Notes: generated from the sequence alone by a model not told the origin. 64,000 nt of DNA from an uncultured Ruminiclostridium sp. (GCA_947629925.1 CANRFO010000008.1:14722-78721); one strand, 5' to 3'. Shown: positions 40,601-51,145, counted from the first letter of the stretch. Made by a program: numbers and translations.

Positions 40601-41940
40601 CTGCCGCAGCCGCTGGAGCAAGCCTCGTTCAGCAGAATGCTCTGTATCTCCCCGTTCTTTACGCGGATACACTTCATATCCTGCCCGCCGATGTCAAGGA
40701 TAAACTCGACACCGGGTAACATTCTCTCCGCCGCCTTATAGTGCGCCATAGTTTCAATTTCGCCAAAGTCGGTTTTCAGCGCCGCCTTTATCAAATGCTC
40801 GCCATAGCCTGTGGCGGTGGCTTTCGCTATGTATGCGCCCTCAGGCATAAGGCTGTAAATCTCCTGCAATATCCCGATGACGGACTTCAGCGGGTCGCCC
40901 ATATTGTTGTTGTAGTGGGAGTAGAGTATCTCTCCCTTTTCGTTTATCAGCGCAGCCTTTGTGGTGGTGGAGCCTGCGTCTATGCCGAGATAGCATTTTC
41001 CCTTGTGGGAAGAAAGGTCAGCGGTGGGGATAACGGCTTTTGCGTGTCTTTCCATAAACTCCGCTTTGTCCGCCTCGTCCTTGAACAGGGGAGCAAGTCT
41101 TTCCACCTCGTGAGTTTCAACGCTTGAAAGGTTGTCTATCCTGCTTTTCAGCTCTTCAAGGGAAATTTCCCCTCTGCTGTCGGACAGCGCCGCGCCCATA
41201 GCAACGAACAGGTTTGCGTCCTCAGGGAAAATAATGTCCTCAGGCTGTAAATTCAAGGTGACGATAAATCTTTTTCTCAGCTCGGAAAGATAGTGGAGCG
41301 GTCCGCCTAAAAACGCCACCTTGCCCCTTATAGGCTTTCCGCAGGCAAGCCCGCTGATAGTCTGATTGACTACCGACTGAAAGACCGAAGCCGCAACGTC
41401 GCTGCGCTTTGCGCCGTCGTTTAACAGCGGCTGTATGTCAGACTTTGCAAACACACCGCAGCGTGACGCTATGGGATAGATAGTCTCCGCGTCCTTTGCA
41501 AGCTCGTTCAGCCCTGTTATATCTGTGTTCAGCAGCGCCGCCATCTGGTCGATGAACGCTCCCGTGCCGCCTGCGCAGGTGCCGTTCATACGCTGTTCTA
41601 TGCCGCCTCTTAAATAGGTTATCTTTGCGTCCTCGCCGCCAAGCTCGATAGCAACGTCAGTTTCGGGTATCAGCTTTTCAATGGCTACCGCTCCTGCGGT
41701 AACTTCCTGAACAAAAGGAATACCCAGCCATTTTGCGGCGTTTATGCCGCCGCTTCCCGTAACTGCGGCGGTGGCGTTTTCGCCCTTTATTTTTTCTATG
41801 CCCTCCAGCAGCACCTCCGCCAAAGTTTTCTTTATGTCGGAATAGTGCCGCTGATATTTTTTATGTACTGTCTTTCCGTTATCGTCGAGAATGACGATTT
41901 TTACCGTTGTAGAGCCAACGTCAAGCCCGATATGGAACAT
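37663..41940 (-). CDS. CoA-substrate-specific enzyme activase / 2-hydroxyacyl-CoA dehydratase-family fusion
   Basis: Two ASKHA activase domains ([20 protein letters not shown]; [20 protein letters not shown]) followed by DUF2229/HgdB-like regions ([28 protein letters not shown]). Confidence 0.85.
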   Translation of the reverse strand: MFHIGLDVGSTTVKIVILDDNGKTVHKKYQRHYSDIKKTLAEVLLEGIEKIKGENATAAVTGSGGINAAKWLGIPFVQEVTAGAVAIEKLIPETDVAIELGGEDAKITYLRGGIEQRMNGTCAGGTGAFIDQMAALLNTDITGLNELAKDAETIYPIASRCGVFAKSDIQPLLNDGAKRSDVAASVFQSVVNQTISGLACGKPIRGKVAFLGGPLHYLSELRKRFIVTLNLQPEDIIFPEDANLFVAMGAALSDSRGEISLEELKSRIDNLSSVETHEVERLAPLFKDEADKAEFMERHAKAVIPTADLSSHKGKCYLGIDAGSTTTKAALINEKGEILYSHYNNNMGDPLKSVIGILQEIYSLMPEGAYIAKATATGYGEHLIKAALKTDFGEIETMAHYKAAERMLPGVEFILDIGGQDMKCIRVKNGEIQSILLNEACSSGCGSFIENFASALGMTSAEFAQLGLTAEHPVDLGSRCTVFMNSRVKQAQKEGASVADISAGLSYSVVKNALFKVIKIRDPKDMGEKIIVQGGTFMNNSVLRAFELTCGREAVRPDKAGLMGAYGSALIAMNRDDGEGSTIATADKLENFSITKSTARCGRCSNNCLLTISKFGDGTRFITNNRCERGAGLGTKKSDLPNLFDYKYKRLFEYTPTPKEEAKRGVVGLPRVLGMYENYPFWFTLFTKLGYSVLLSPDSSREIYELGIETMPSESVCYPAKLSHGHVVWLIENGADMIFFPALPYEMDCGGKGDNHYNCPVVATYSEVIKNSIPQLRDKEISFMNPFLPIYDKERMAERLTEEFLPLGIHGEEIGLALAAAYEEDARFKADIRAKGEEVLKMLEETGQKGIVLAGRPYHLDPEINHGIPEMINGYGFAVLTEDSVAHLGVDKLARPIRVVDQWMYHNRLYNSAAVVGEREYLELVQLNSFGCGLDAITTDQVQEIMQGYGRLYTVLKIDEVNNLGAARIRLRSLISVSEERRRDGYHSEEKYDGYHRQPYFTKESKKTHTILAPQMSPIHFELLEQAFRYSGYNVVILKDYTKEIVDEGLKYVNNDACYPTILTVGSLMAALNSGKYDVNNTSVMITQTGGACRATNYVGMIKKALKEGGYPQVPIISINLVGMEKNPGFKYTPALVVRALMAVVYGDVLSRCLYRVRPYEVEKGSADRLYKEWNEKLKTSLKKLSFKEYGRNIAAIVKDFDALPVFDLQKPRVGIVGEILVKYHPVANNFVVDLVESEGAEAVVPDLMGFIYFILDHANTRRELLTVSGTRYFLQNKLISMLEWLEKPYLEAVKGTKFGSFMKVSEMRKLVDGIVSTGNIAGEGWFLTAEMVELMHSGVNNIICMQPFACLPNHVTGKGVIGELRRRNPLSNIIAVDYDPGASEVNQINRIKLMLSHAVKNAAQASEPVSVEIKDEYSELLNVK

Positions 41941-42152
41941 ACCCTCATATCCTTTCCTTTGTAAAACGGAGAATATTTATGAAATCTCATAATTCGTCTA
42001 TTGTATTATACACTATTTAAAATAAAAAATCAATCGTTTAAAAGCGGGTTGCAAATTTTTCCGTTTTTTATCACTTTTGAGATTGACGTAACGGAGATGT
42101 ATCTGTATAATAAACAGTGTAAAAGATTTTGCCGCAAAAGCGAGGGAATGAT

Positions 42153-43025
42153 ATGCGCACGGAGCTTTCCCCATGTCAGATGATAGAAAGAAGCATAACA
42201 AAAAAATACCGCAAGGAGCTTTGGAACCCGTTCGTGGAAGCTGTAAAGCGGTATGGACTTATACAGGAGGGCGACAGGATAGCCGTCTGCATTTCGGGAG
42301 GAAAAGACTCCATGCTGATGGCGAAGCTGATGCAAATGCTGAAAAGGATAACCGAAGTGCCTTTCGAACTTACTTTTCTTGTAATGGACCCGGGCTATAA
42401 CGAGGAAAACCGCAAAAAGGCCGAGGACAACGCGAAGCTTCTTGAGATACCCATAACTGTCTTTGAGACCAATATTTTTAACGTAGCCTACAACACAAAA
42501 AAATCCCCCTGTTTTCTCTGCGCGAAGATGAGAAGGGGACATCTGTACAATAAGGCTAAGGAGTTGGGCTGCAACAAAATAGCCTTGGGACATCATTTCA
42601 ACGACGTCATTGAAACAACGGTAATGGGAATGTTTTACAGCTCACAGCTCCAGGCGATGATACCCAAGCTTCACAGCAGGCATTTTGAAGGCATGGAGCT
42701 TATCCGCCCGCTTTACTGCGTCCGCGAGGAGGACATTCTGGCGTGGGCGGAATACAACGGGCTTCAGTTTATCCGCTGCGCCTGCCGCTTCACCGAAAAC
42801 AGCGCCAACAGTCACGACGGCATAGGCGACTCAAAGCGGCAGGAGATAAAAATGCTGATAAAAGAGCTTCGCAAAAATAATTCCTATATAGAAAAAAGCA
42901 TTTTCAACAGTCTGCACACCCTTAACCTGAACACCTTCCCCGGCTACAAGGAAAACGGCGTTCTGCATTCTTTCCTTGAAAAATATGACGAAGATGTTCC
43001 CAACTTTGAGGACGATGAAAAATGA
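42153..43025 (+). CDS. ttcA: TtcA-family tRNA 2-thiocytidine biosynthesis protein
   Basis: PP-loop SGGKDS, PCFLCAKMRRG, ALGHHFND, LIRPL, CACR. Confidence 0.8.
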   Translation: MRTELSPCQMIERSITKKYRKELWNPFVEAVKRYGLIQEGDRIAVCISGGKDSMLMAKLMQMLKRITEVPFELTFLVMDPGYNEENRKKAEDNAKLLEIPITVFETNIFNVAYNTKKSPCFLCAKMRRGHLYNKAKELGCNKIALGHHFNDVIETTVMGMFYSSQLQAMIPKLHSRHFEGMELIRPLYCVREEDILAWAEYNGLQFIRCACRFTENSANSHDGIGDSKRQEIKMLIKELRKNNSYIEKSIFNSLHTLNLNTFPGYKENGVLHSFLEKYDEDVPNFEDDEK

Positions 43026-43029
43026 ACGC

Positions 43030-43074
43030 AAAAATGACCCCGCAGTCCTGAAAACTGCGGGGTCTGCTTTTTTC
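43030..43074. terminator. Bidirectional terminator
   Basis: gaccccgcagt-cctgaaa-actgcggggtc flanked by A/T tracts between convergent genes. Confidence 0.7.
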
Positions 43075-43995
43075 TCAATAAAGCGGAGTGTAAAATTCCT
43101 GCGCCCAGTAATAGCCGAAGCCCTGATTCGTGTCGTTGGGCAGGTAAATACAGCCTACTCCAAGATAGCGGTACTCGCTGCTGAGAATGGCTTCACGGTG
43201 TCCCATGGTACTTCCCATCCACGCGTTTACCACTTCCTGCGGCGTTCTCTGACCTGCGGCGATATTTTCGCCTGTTGCGCTGTAATCCAGACCCACGTCA
43301 TAGATAACGCTGTAACTGTTCCGTCCGTCGGGGCGGGTATGACCGTAATGCCCCGATATTTCCTTTGCGCGTATAACGGCGGCATTGGTGAGCGCGTCAA
43401 GCTTCTCATAAGCGGGAAGCCCATATTCCGCTCTTATCTGATTTACAAGGACAAATACCTGCTCGGCAAAATCTCCGCTCTGAGCAGGAGGCTGAGTTTC
43501 GGGAGCCTTTGTGGTGGTGGTAGTCGTAACAGGCGGCGCCGCAGTTGTGGTGGTAGTAACTGGCGGAGCTGTTGTAGTGGTAGTAACAGGCGGAGCAGTT
43601 GTTGTGGTAGTTATCGGCGGAGCCGTTGTAGTCGTAGTGGTAACAGGCGGCGCTGTTGTGGTAGTGGTGGTAACAGATGAAGTCGTTGTATCCTCAGACG
43701 GAACGGTGGTTATAGATTTAGGCACCGTTGTCATTATATTGGCATATACTTTCGGAGTGGTTTCGGACGTAGTTTTATCTGTGCTTTCAAGCTCCGCGGC
43801 TTCAGTTTCCTCCTCGGCGGAGACTTCGGCAGCGGGAGCTTCTTGCGCATCCTCGGTTTCCGCCGCGACCGTTACCGTGCCTGCGGCGCTGAGCCGCGAA
43901 GCGTCTTCAGGATCGCGCCCGCTGTTTGAACAGCCTGACAAAAATAAAGCCGCTGCGGTGAAAAAAGAAAGAAAGGCTTTTGCTTTTCGTGTCAT
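43075..43995 (-). CDS. CAP (SCP-like) domain lipoprotein with Thr/Pro-rich stalk
   Basis: Start MTRKAK after AAGGAG; lipobox LFLSGC; about 5 x TTTTT(T)APPV; CAP motifs LVNQIRAEYGL, HTRPDG, GENIAAGQ, WMGSTMGHREAIL, YWAQEF. Confidence 0.85.
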   Translation of the reverse strand: MTRKAKAFLSFFTAAALFLSGCSNSGRDPEDASRLSAAGTVTVAAETEDAQEAPAAEVSAEEETEAAELESTDKTTSETTPKVYANIMTTVPKSITTVPSEDTTTSSVTTTTTTAPPVTTTTTTAPPITTTTTAPPVTTTTTAPPVTTTTTAAPPVTTTTTTKAPETQPPAQSGDFAEQVFVLVNQIRAEYGLPAYEKLDALTNAAVIRAKEISGHYGHTRPDGRNSYSVIYDVGLDYSATGENIAAGQRTPQEVVNAWMGSTMGHREAILSSEYRYLGVGCIYLPNDTNQGFGYYWAQEFYTPLY

Positions 43996-44074
43996 AACAT
44001 ATCTCCTTGATAAAAGGTATGAACGTATATATTCATCGATGCGGTAAATAAATTCATTGTTATACGGGTATATA

Positions 44075-44624
44075 TTATTATAACATAAGAAGAGCATTTT
44101 GCCTCGCAAAATGCGATTCCTCTTAAATGTTAAAATGTTCTCAAACATCAGGATAATATATTCCTATTTAATCCGTTTGAGGTTATTATAACATAAGAAG
44201 AGCTTTTGCGAAGCAAATGCGATTCCTCTTAAATGTTAAAATGTTCTCAAACATCAGGATAATATATTCCTATTTAATCCGTTTGAGGTTATTATAACAT
44301 AAAAAGAGCTTTTTGCGAAGCAAAATGCGATTCCTCTGAACCGTTACAATGTTCTCAAACATTAAAATAAAATTATTCCTCTTTCCGCTGTTTGAGGTTA
44401 TTATAACATAAGGAGAGCATTTTGCCTCGCAAAATGCGATTCCTCTGGATCGTTAAAATGACCTCAAACGTTAAAATAATATATTCCTATTTAATCCGTT
44501 TGAGGTTATTATAACATAAGAAGAGCTTTTTGCGAAGCAAAATGCGATTCCTCTGGATCGTTAAAATGACCTCAAACGTTAAAATAATATATTCCTCTTT
44601 AAGCTGTTTGAGGTTATTATAACA
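44075..44624 (-). repeat. Tandem array of five ~108-bp units plus a terminal partial unit
   Basis: ttattataaca recurs at 44075, 44183, 44289, 44398, 44506 and 44614; each unit is a long imperfect hairpin tipped by gcgaagc or gcctcgc and carries TGTTATAAT on the minus strand. Confidence 0.92.
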
Positions 44625-44714
44625 CATTTATCGCGGTAACTTCAAGTAAAATATTGGAAAAAGCAAAAAATCGGCGATTTACCCGAAAAAATTGAGCAAA
44701 TTGCCGATTATAGA

Positions 44715-46199
44715 TCAAAGATTAGTGTAGCCCAGCAGTGCCTTGTCTACTTCCTTTGCGCACTCGCGCCCCTCTTTTATCGCCCATACCACCAGTGACT
44801 GCCCTCTGTGCATATCGCCGCAGGTAAAGACTTTTGGAACGTTTGTGGAATATTTTCCCGCTTCTGTCTTGACGTTGCTCCTGCCGTCAGTTTCAACGCC
44901 GAAAGCCTTTGTGACATAGCTCTCGCTGCCAAGAAATCCCGCCGCTATAAGCACCAGATTAGCAGGAACGGTGTATTCGCTGTCCTTTATCTCTTTCATT
45001 ACCGTTCTGCCCGTCTTTTTATCAACGGAGGGCTCCAGCTTCACAAGCACAAGCTGTTTCAGATTGCCCCGCTTGTCTTTCACAAATTCCTTCACCGTGG
45101 TCTGATAAACTCTCGGGTCTGCGCCGAAAACGGCCGCCGCCTCTTCCTGACCGTAGTCGGTCTTGCACACCCTCGCCCACTGAGGCCAAGGATTGTTTTC
45201 CGCCCTTTCATCGGGGAGCTTCGGCATCATCTCAAGCTGCAAAACGCTTTTTGCACCGTGGCGTACGGAAGTCCCAACGCAGTCGTTGCCCGTGTCGCCG
45301 CCGCCGATTATAACCACGTGCTTATTTTTTGCGCTGATGAATGTCCCCTCCGCAAGGTCCTTGTCCAACAGGCTCTTTGTGGTGGAGGTGAGAAAATCCA
45401 CCGCAAAGTAAATTCCCTTTGCGTCGCGTCCCTCTGCTGAAATATCACGGGGCTGTGACGCTCCGCAGGCGAGGATAACTATGTCGAAATCCTTCAGCAG
45501 CTTTTCCGCCTCAACGTTTTCACCCACGTTTTTCCCCGTTTCAAAGAGGACGCCCTCTTCTTTCATTATCTCTATGCGCCGTTCTATGATGTGCTTTTCA
45601 AGCTTCATATTGGGTATACCGTACATCAGCAGACCTCCCACCCTGTCGCTCCTCTCAAAGACAGTGACAGAATGTCCCCGCTGATTGAGCTGGTCCGCCG
45701 CCGCAAGCCCCGACGGGCCTGAGCCTATGACGGCTATCTTCTTGCCCGTTCTGACAGCGGGGATATGAGCCTTTGCTATACCCTGCTCGTAGGCGTATTC
45801 AACGATGCCGTATTCGTTCTGCTTTACCGTTACGGGGTCATCGTGAACGCCGCAGGTGCAGGCAGCCTCGCAAAGCGCAGGGCATACTCTACCTGTAAAT
45901 TCGGGGAAATTGTTGGTCTTTCTCAGACGGTTGTACGCCTGCTCCCAGTTTCCTGTGTAAATAAGGTCGTTCCATTCGGGGATAAGGTTGTTCAGCGGGC
46001 AGCCGCTTACCATTCCGCCTATCACCATTCCCGACTGGCAGAAAGGAACGCCGCACGCCATACATCTTGCGCCCTGCTCCTGCTGTTTTTCACGGGACAG
46101 GGGGATATGGAACTCGTCAAAATTTTCTATTCGCTCCTCTGGAGCGACAGCCTCCGCGTTCTCACGCTGAAATTCAAGAAATCCCGTAGGCTTTCCCAT
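44715..46199 (-). CDS. gltD: Glutamate synthase small subunit
   Basis: MGKPTGF, RCMACGVPFC, GCPLNNLIPEWN, GRVCPALCE, GSGPSGL, GGGDTGNDC, GDMHRGQSLVVWAI. Confidence 0.97.
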   Translation of the reverse strand: MGKPTGFLEFQRENAEAVAPEERIENFDEFHIPLSREKQQEQGARCMACGVPFCQSGMVIGGMVSGCPLNNLIPEWNDLIYTGNWEQAYNRLRKTNNFPEFTGRVCPALCEAACTCGVHDDPVTVKQNEYGIVEYAYEQGIAKAHIPAVRTGKKIAVIGSGPSGLAAADQLNQRGHSVTVFERSDRVGGLLMYGIPNMKLEKHIIERRIEIMKEEGVLFETGKNVGENVEAEKLLKDFDIVILACGASQPRDISAEGRDAKGIYFAVDFLTSTTKSLLDKDLAEGTFISAKNKHVVIIGGGDTGNDCVGTSVRHGAKSVLQLEMMPKLPDERAENNPWPQWARVCKTDYGQEEAAAVFGADPRVYQTTVKEFVKDKRGNLKQLVLVKLEPSVDKKTGRTVMKEIKDSEYTVPANLVLIAAGFLGSESYVTKAFGVETDGRSNVKTEAGKYSTNVPKVFTCGDMHRGQSLVVWAIKEGRECAKEVDKALLGYTNL

Positions 46200-46200
46200 A

Positions 46201-49200
46201 TCAGTTTGCCCCCTTTCCGTTTACAATGCTGTAAAACGCTTCTATCTGCGCCTGCTCCTCCGTCATGCCCTTTTCCTCAAAGCTGAGTATGGCGGTGGTC
46301 ATCTTTTTGTAGTCGTGAGGGATAATGCGCTTGAATTTCGGCAGATATTCCTCAAAATTGTCAAGTATCATTTTTCCCTTTTGGGAATTTGTAGCGGCAA
46401 CGTGCTGTTCGATAAGCTCCTTCAGCTCGATTATGTCGTACTTTTCCTTTACCTCGCCGCTGCTTACCATTTCCTTGTTCAATTTCATATACAGATCTCT
46501 GTCCTCGTCAAGAACGTAAGCGATACCGCCGCTCATACCTGCGGCAAAGTTTTTGCCCGTCTTTCCCAGAACAACTACCCGTCCGCCTGTCATATATTCG
46601 CAGCCGTGGTCGCCCACGCCCTCAACTACCGCCACGGCGCCGCTGTTCCTTACGCAGAAACGCTCGCCCGCAACGCCGTTGATGAACGCCTTTCCGCTGG
46701 TAGCGCCGTAAAGGGCAACGTTGCCGATTATGATGTTGTCCTCCGCCTTGAAGGTACATTCAGCGGGAGGATAAACCACTAACTTTCCGCCTGAAAGACC
46801 CTTTCCGAAATAGTCGTTGCTGTCCCCCACAAGCTCAAGCGTCAGACCGTTTGGAATGAATGCGCCGAAGCTCTGACCGCCTGCGCCGTGACAGATAACT
46901 TTAAAGGTATCGTCAGGCAGGGAATCGCCGAATTTTCTCGTTATCTCACTGCCGAGGATAGTGCCCAGAGTGCGGTCGGTGTTCTTTATCTTTATATTCA
47001 CGGTCTTAGGCTTTCCGCTTTTCAGGGAAGAGGAAAATTCCTTAAGCAGTACCTTTTCGTCCACCGTGTTTTCAAGGTTGAAATCGAAAAGCTGTTTTTC
47101 GTGATATTTTACTTCCTCGGAGGTAAATTCCTCGTCGGGGCTGATTATCTTTGACAAATCAAGCTCTGAGCCGTGGCTGTCAAGCCCGCTTTTTCTCTTT
47201 AACAGGTCGTTTCTTCCCACAAGCTCGTCAACGGTGCGGATACCAAGCCTTGCCATATATTCACGCAGCTCCTGCGCCACGAATTTCATAAAGTTTATGA
47301 CGTATTCGGGCTTGCCCGCAAAGCGCTTTCTCAGCTCGGGATTTTGCGTAGCCACGCCGAAAGGACAGGTATCAAGGTTGCACACTCTCATCATAACGCA
47401 GCCCAAGGTTACTAGCGGAGCAGTAGCAAAGCCGTATTCCTCCGCGCCAAGCAGAGCCGCCACAAGCACGTCACGCCCTGTCATCAGCTTGCCGTCCGTT
47501 TCGATGACTACCTTATTTCTCAGCCCGTTCATAATCAGGGTCTGGTGCGCCTCCGCAAGACCAAGCTCCCAAGGCAGTCCCGCATTGTAAATGGAGTTTC
47601 TGGGAGCGGCGCCTGTGCCGCCGTCAAAGCCGCTTATGAGAATTACCGCCGCGCCCGCTTTGGCAACGCCTGCGGCGACTGTTCCGACGCCGCACTCAGA
47701 TACAAGCTTAACGCTTATCCTTGCGTCCTTGTTGGCATTTTTCAGGTCGTAAATAAGCTGAGCCAAGTCCTCTATTGAGTAAATGTCGTGATGAGGAGGC
47801 GGGGAGATAAGTCCCACGCCGGGAGTGGAATGTCTTGTCTTAGCTATCCATGGGTAGACCTTTTTGCCCGGGAGATGTCCGCCCTCACCGGGCTTTGCCC
47901 CCTGCGCCATTTTTATCTGTATCTCCTCAGCGCAGGTGAGATATTTTGAGGTAACGCCGAAACGTCCCGACGCCACCTGCTTTATTGCGGAACAGCGGTC
48001 GTCCTTTGTCCCTCTGCTTTCAAGGCGGTCAAGACTTTCGCCGCCCTCGCCCGAATTGGAACGCCCGTGGAGGGTGTTCATGGCTATCGCAAGGGTCTCG
48101 TGCGCCTCCTGAGAAATAGAGCCGTAGCTCATCGCTCCCGTCTTGAAACGGCGGACAATGCTGTCAACACTTTCCACTTCGTTTATATCTATGCCCTTTT
48201 CGGGGAAGTTAAAGTCCATCAGCCCGCGGAGATTTACAGGCGCCATCTCCTCGTTTATCAGCTTTGAATATTGCTTGTAAAGCTGATAATCGCCCGTTCT
48301 CACCGCCTGCTGGAGCAGGTATATGGTCTGAGGATTGTACAGGTGTTCCTCCTTACAGCTTCTGAACTTGTGACTGCCCCTGCTGTCCAGCGCCTCGTCA
48401 ACGCCCAGCCCCAGCGGGTCGAACGCCATTGTGTGAAGTCTGTCTACGTTGCGCTCAATATCTTTCAACGTAACGCCCTGAACACGGCTGACTGTGCCTG
48501 TGAAGTAGGTGTCTATGACTTCCTTGCTGATACCGATAGCCTCAAATATCTGTGAGCCCTGATAGGACTGTATGGTGCTGATACCCATTTTTGACGCTAT
48601 CTTGACGATCCCATGGAGAACGGCGCTGTCGTAGTCATTTACTGCGGCGTAATAGTCCTTGTCAAGCAGGTCTCTTGAAATAAGGCTTTGTATCGCTTCC
48701 TGTGCAAGATAGGGGTTTACTGCGCTTGCACCGTAGCCTAAAAGCGTTGCAAAGTGGTGTACTTCTCTGGGTTCACCGCTTTCCAGAATCACCGCAAGGG
48801 AAGTCCTCTTTTTGGTAACGACAAGGTGCTGATGCAAAGCGGAAACTGCAAGCAGTGAGGGTATGGCAACGTGGTTCTCATCAACGCCTCTGTCGGACAG
48901 GATAAGTATGCTTGCCCCCTCGCTGTGGGCTTTGTCCGCCTCAAGGTTCAGCCTGTTCAGCGCCTTTTTCAGCGAAGTGTTTTTATAATAAAGTATGGGA
49001 ATGACTGCCACCTTAAAGCCGGGGATATGCATATTCTTTATCTTCAGCATATCGGTGTTGGTGAGAATGGGGTTCTTTATCTTGATTACCTGACAATTCT
49101 CGGGGCGCTCCTCAAGAATGTTACCGTCCTCGCCGATGTATACGGTGGTGGAGGTAACTATCTCCTCTCTTATAGCGTCGATAGGCGGGTTGGTCACCTG

Positions 49201-50745
49201 AGCGAAAAGCTGTTTGAAGTAGTTGAACAGCGGCTGAGGCTGGTCGGAAAGAGCGGCAAGAGGACTGTCCGTACCCATAGCGGCAATGCTCTCAGAGCCT
49301 GTCTTTGCCATAGGCAGGATACTTGTCATAACGTCCTCGTATGTATAGCCGAAGGCTTTCATCAGACGCTTGCGCTCGGCGTACTCGTGGTCGTCCACCT
49401 TGATGTTGGGTATTTTAAGGTCGGAAAGCTGCACCAGATTGCTGTCCAGCCACTCGCCGTAGGGCTGTCTTGAGGCGTAGCTCTCTTTCAGCTCGTTGTC
49501 GTCGATAACCCTTCCCTGAACGGTATCAACAAGGAGCATTTTGCCGGGGCGGAGCCTTTCCTTTTCAACAATGGACTGCGGGTCTATCTCCAAAGCTCCC
49601 ACCTCGGAGGAGAGAATGAGAAAACCGTCCTTTGTGATGTAGTAGCGGGAGGGGCGCAGACCGTTTCTGTCCAGAACAGCGCCCATAATGTCGCCGTCGC
49701 AGAACAGTATTGATGCGGGACCGTCCCACGGCTCCATCATCGTGGCGTAATACTGATAGAAATCACGCTTTGTCTTGCTGATAGTCTCGTTGTTGTCCCA
49801 AGGCTCGGGTATGGTTATCATAACGGCAAGGGGAAGGTCCATACCGCTCATTACCAGAAATTCAAGGGTGTTGTCCAGCATGGCGGAGTCACTGCCCTCG
49901 GTGTTCACAACGGGGAGAACCTTGTCAAGGTCGCCCTTTAAATGCTCGGACTTCATAGTTTCCTCACGGGCGAGCATTTTGTCGGCGTTGCCCTTTATGG
50001 TGTTTATCTCGCCGTTATGTACTATCATTCTGTACGGATGGGCTCTCTGCCAGCTGGGATTTGTGTTGGTGGAGAAACGGGAATGTACCATAGCGATAGC
50101 GGTCTCGTAGTCCTTGTCCTGAAGATCGGGGAAAAACCTTCTCAGATCCTGCACAAGGAACATTCCCTTATATACGATAGTGCGGCTTGACAGGGAAACG
50201 ACGTAAGTGTCCTCGTTGCTCTGCTCGAAAACGCGCCTTGCAACGTACAGCTTGCGGTCGAAGTCAAGGCCCCTGCGCACGTCGGCGGGACGCTTGATAA
50301 AGCACTGCATAATGCAGGGCATACATTCCACCGCCCGCTGACCCAGCACCTCGGGAACAGACGGCACCTGCCGCCAGCCCAGCACTTCAAGCCCTTCCTT
50401 GTCGGCGATTATCTCAAACATCTTCTTCGCCTGATTGCGGGCCAGCTCGTTCTGCGGGAAGAAGAACATTCCCACGCCGTAATCCCGTTCGCCGCCAAGC
50501 TCTATGCCTATCTTTGCCGCTGTTTTCTTAAAGAATTTGTGGGAAATTTGCAGCAGTATTCCCACGCCGTCGCCTGTTTTGCCCTCGGCGTCCTTTCCTG
50601 CTCTGTGTTCCAGCGTTTCAACTATGGTCAAGGCGTTTTCCACCGCCTTGTGGGATTTTTTGCCCTTGATGTTCACCACTGCGCCGATACCGCAGTTGTC
50701 GTGTTCAAATTCGGGTGAATACAGGGTATTTTTTTGCGTTTCCAT
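46201..50745 (-). CDS. gltB: Glutamate synthase large subunit
   Basis: EHDNCGIG, HSRFSTNT, HNGEINT, EPWDGPA, AMSYGSIS, IKMAQGAKPGEGG, SPPPHHDIYSIEDL, CVMMRVCNLDTCP, GERFCVRNSG. Confidence 0.98.
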   Translation of the reverse strand: METQKNTLYSPEFEHDNCGIGAVVNIKGKKSHKAVENALTIVETLEHRAGKDAEGKTGDGVGILLQISHKFFKKTAAKIGIELGGERDYGVGMFFFPQNELARNQAKKMFEIIADKEGLEVLGWRQVPSVPEVLGQRAVECMPCIMQCFIKRPADVRRGLDFDRKLYVARRVFEQSNEDTYVVSLSSRTIVYKGMFLVQDLRRFFPDLQDKDYETAIAMVHSRFSTNTNPSWQRAHPYRMIVHNGEINTIKGNADKMLAREETMKSEHLKGDLDKVLPVVNTEGSDSAMLDNTLEFLVMSGMDLPLAVMITIPEPWDNNETISKTKRDFYQYYATMMEPWDGPASILFCDGDIMGAVLDRNGLRPSRYYITKDGFLILSSEVGALEIDPQSIVEKERLRPGKMLLVDTVQGRVIDDNELKESYASRQPYGEWLDSNLVQLSDLKIPNIKVDDHEYAERKRLMKAFGYTYEDVMTSILPMAKTGSESIAAMGTDSPLAALSDQPQPLFNYFKQLFAQVTNPPIDAIREEIVTSTTVYIGEDGNILEERPENCQVIKIKNPILTNTDMLKIKNMHIPGFKVAVIPILYYKNTSLKKALNRLNLEADKAHSEGASILILSDRGVDENHVAIPSLLAVSALHQHLVVTKKRTSLAVILESGEPREVHHFATLLGYGASAVNPYLAQEAIQSLISRDLLDKDYYAAVNDYDSAVLHGIVKIASKMGISTIQSYQGSQIFEAIGISKEVIDTYFTGTVSRVQGVTLKDIERNVDRLHTMAFDPLGLGVDEALDSRGSHKFRSCKEEHLYNPQTIYLLQQAVRTGDYQLYKQYSKLINEEMAPVNLRGLMDFNFPEKGIDINEVESVDSIVRRFKTGAMSYGSISQEAHETLAIAMNTLHGRSNSGEGGESLDRLESRGTKDDRCSAIKQVASGRFGVTSKYLTCAEEIQIKMAQGAKPGEGGHLPGKKVYPWIAKTRHSTPGVGLISPPPHHDIYSIEDLAQLIYDLKNANKDARISVKLVSECGVGTVAAGVAKAGAAVILISGFDGGTGAAPRNSIYNAGLPWELGLAEAHQTLIMNGLRNKVVIETDGKLMTGRDVLVAALLGAEEYGFATAPLVTLGCVMMRVCNLDTCPFGVATQNPELRKRFAGKPEYVINFMKFVAQELREYMARLGIRTVDELVGRNDLLKRKSGLDSHGSELDLSKIISPDEEFTSEEVKYHEKQLFDFNLENTVDEKVLLKEFSSSLKSGKPKTVNIKIKNTDRTLGTILGSEITRKFGDSLPDDTFKVICHGAGGQSFGAFIPNGLTLELVGDSNDYFGKGLSGGKLVVYPPAECTFKAEDNIIIGNVALYGATSGKAFINGVAGERFCVRNSGAVAVVEGVGDHGCEYMTGGRVVVLGKTGKNFAAGMSGGIAYVLDEDRDLYMKLNKEMVSSGEVKEKYDIIELKELIEQHVAATNSQKGKMILDNFEEYLPKFKRIIPHDYKKMTTAILSFEEKGMTEEQAQIEAFYSIVNGKGAN

Positions 50746-51145
50746 AAGCCGCCCCTTTCCTTATTGTGTCGATATGCTATAATTATAACACTGTATAAAG
50801 AAAAAAGCAAGATTTATTTTCAAATCTTGCAAAATTTGTCCGTTTTTTGGTGTAGATATTTTGGAGAAAATCGGTGTTTCATTTGTAGATTTTTTACAAA
50901 AGGCACGGCAGACAGAACTTTTTGGGACAATGGTCGGGAGAAATTTGCGGGATTTGTGGGAGAAGTATTTGCAGAAATATTTTTAAAAAGGAAAATTTTG
51001 CAGGATAGGTGGGGCTAACTTGCAAGTGTGATATGAGAAATTTAAATTTTTACGTCTGCGCTGTTTGCGGGCGGGGCGATAACTTAGGCAAGCGCCTGCT
51101 CACACGGTGCGGAAGGGAAGAAGTGCGCTGTTTAAAGTGTTGTGC

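Noticed and set aside
44075-44362. Repeat-encoded peptide MFENILTFKRNRI... (type I toxin-like) and the 51-aa N-terminal extension of the CAP ORF
   Set aside because: The ATG is ACG in units 4 and 5 and the frame shifts between units; the CAP gene has its own RBS, start (43995) and lipoprotein signal.
44075-44624. CRISPR array interpretation of the tandem repeat
   Set aside because: Units are ~108 bp and similar along their whole length, with no unique spacers and no cas genes in the window.
44075-44624. Type III toxin-antitoxin antitoxin array
   Set aside because: Units are about twice as long as known type III antitoxin repeats and the downstream gene is a CAP lipoprotein, not a ToxN/CptN/TenpN RNase.
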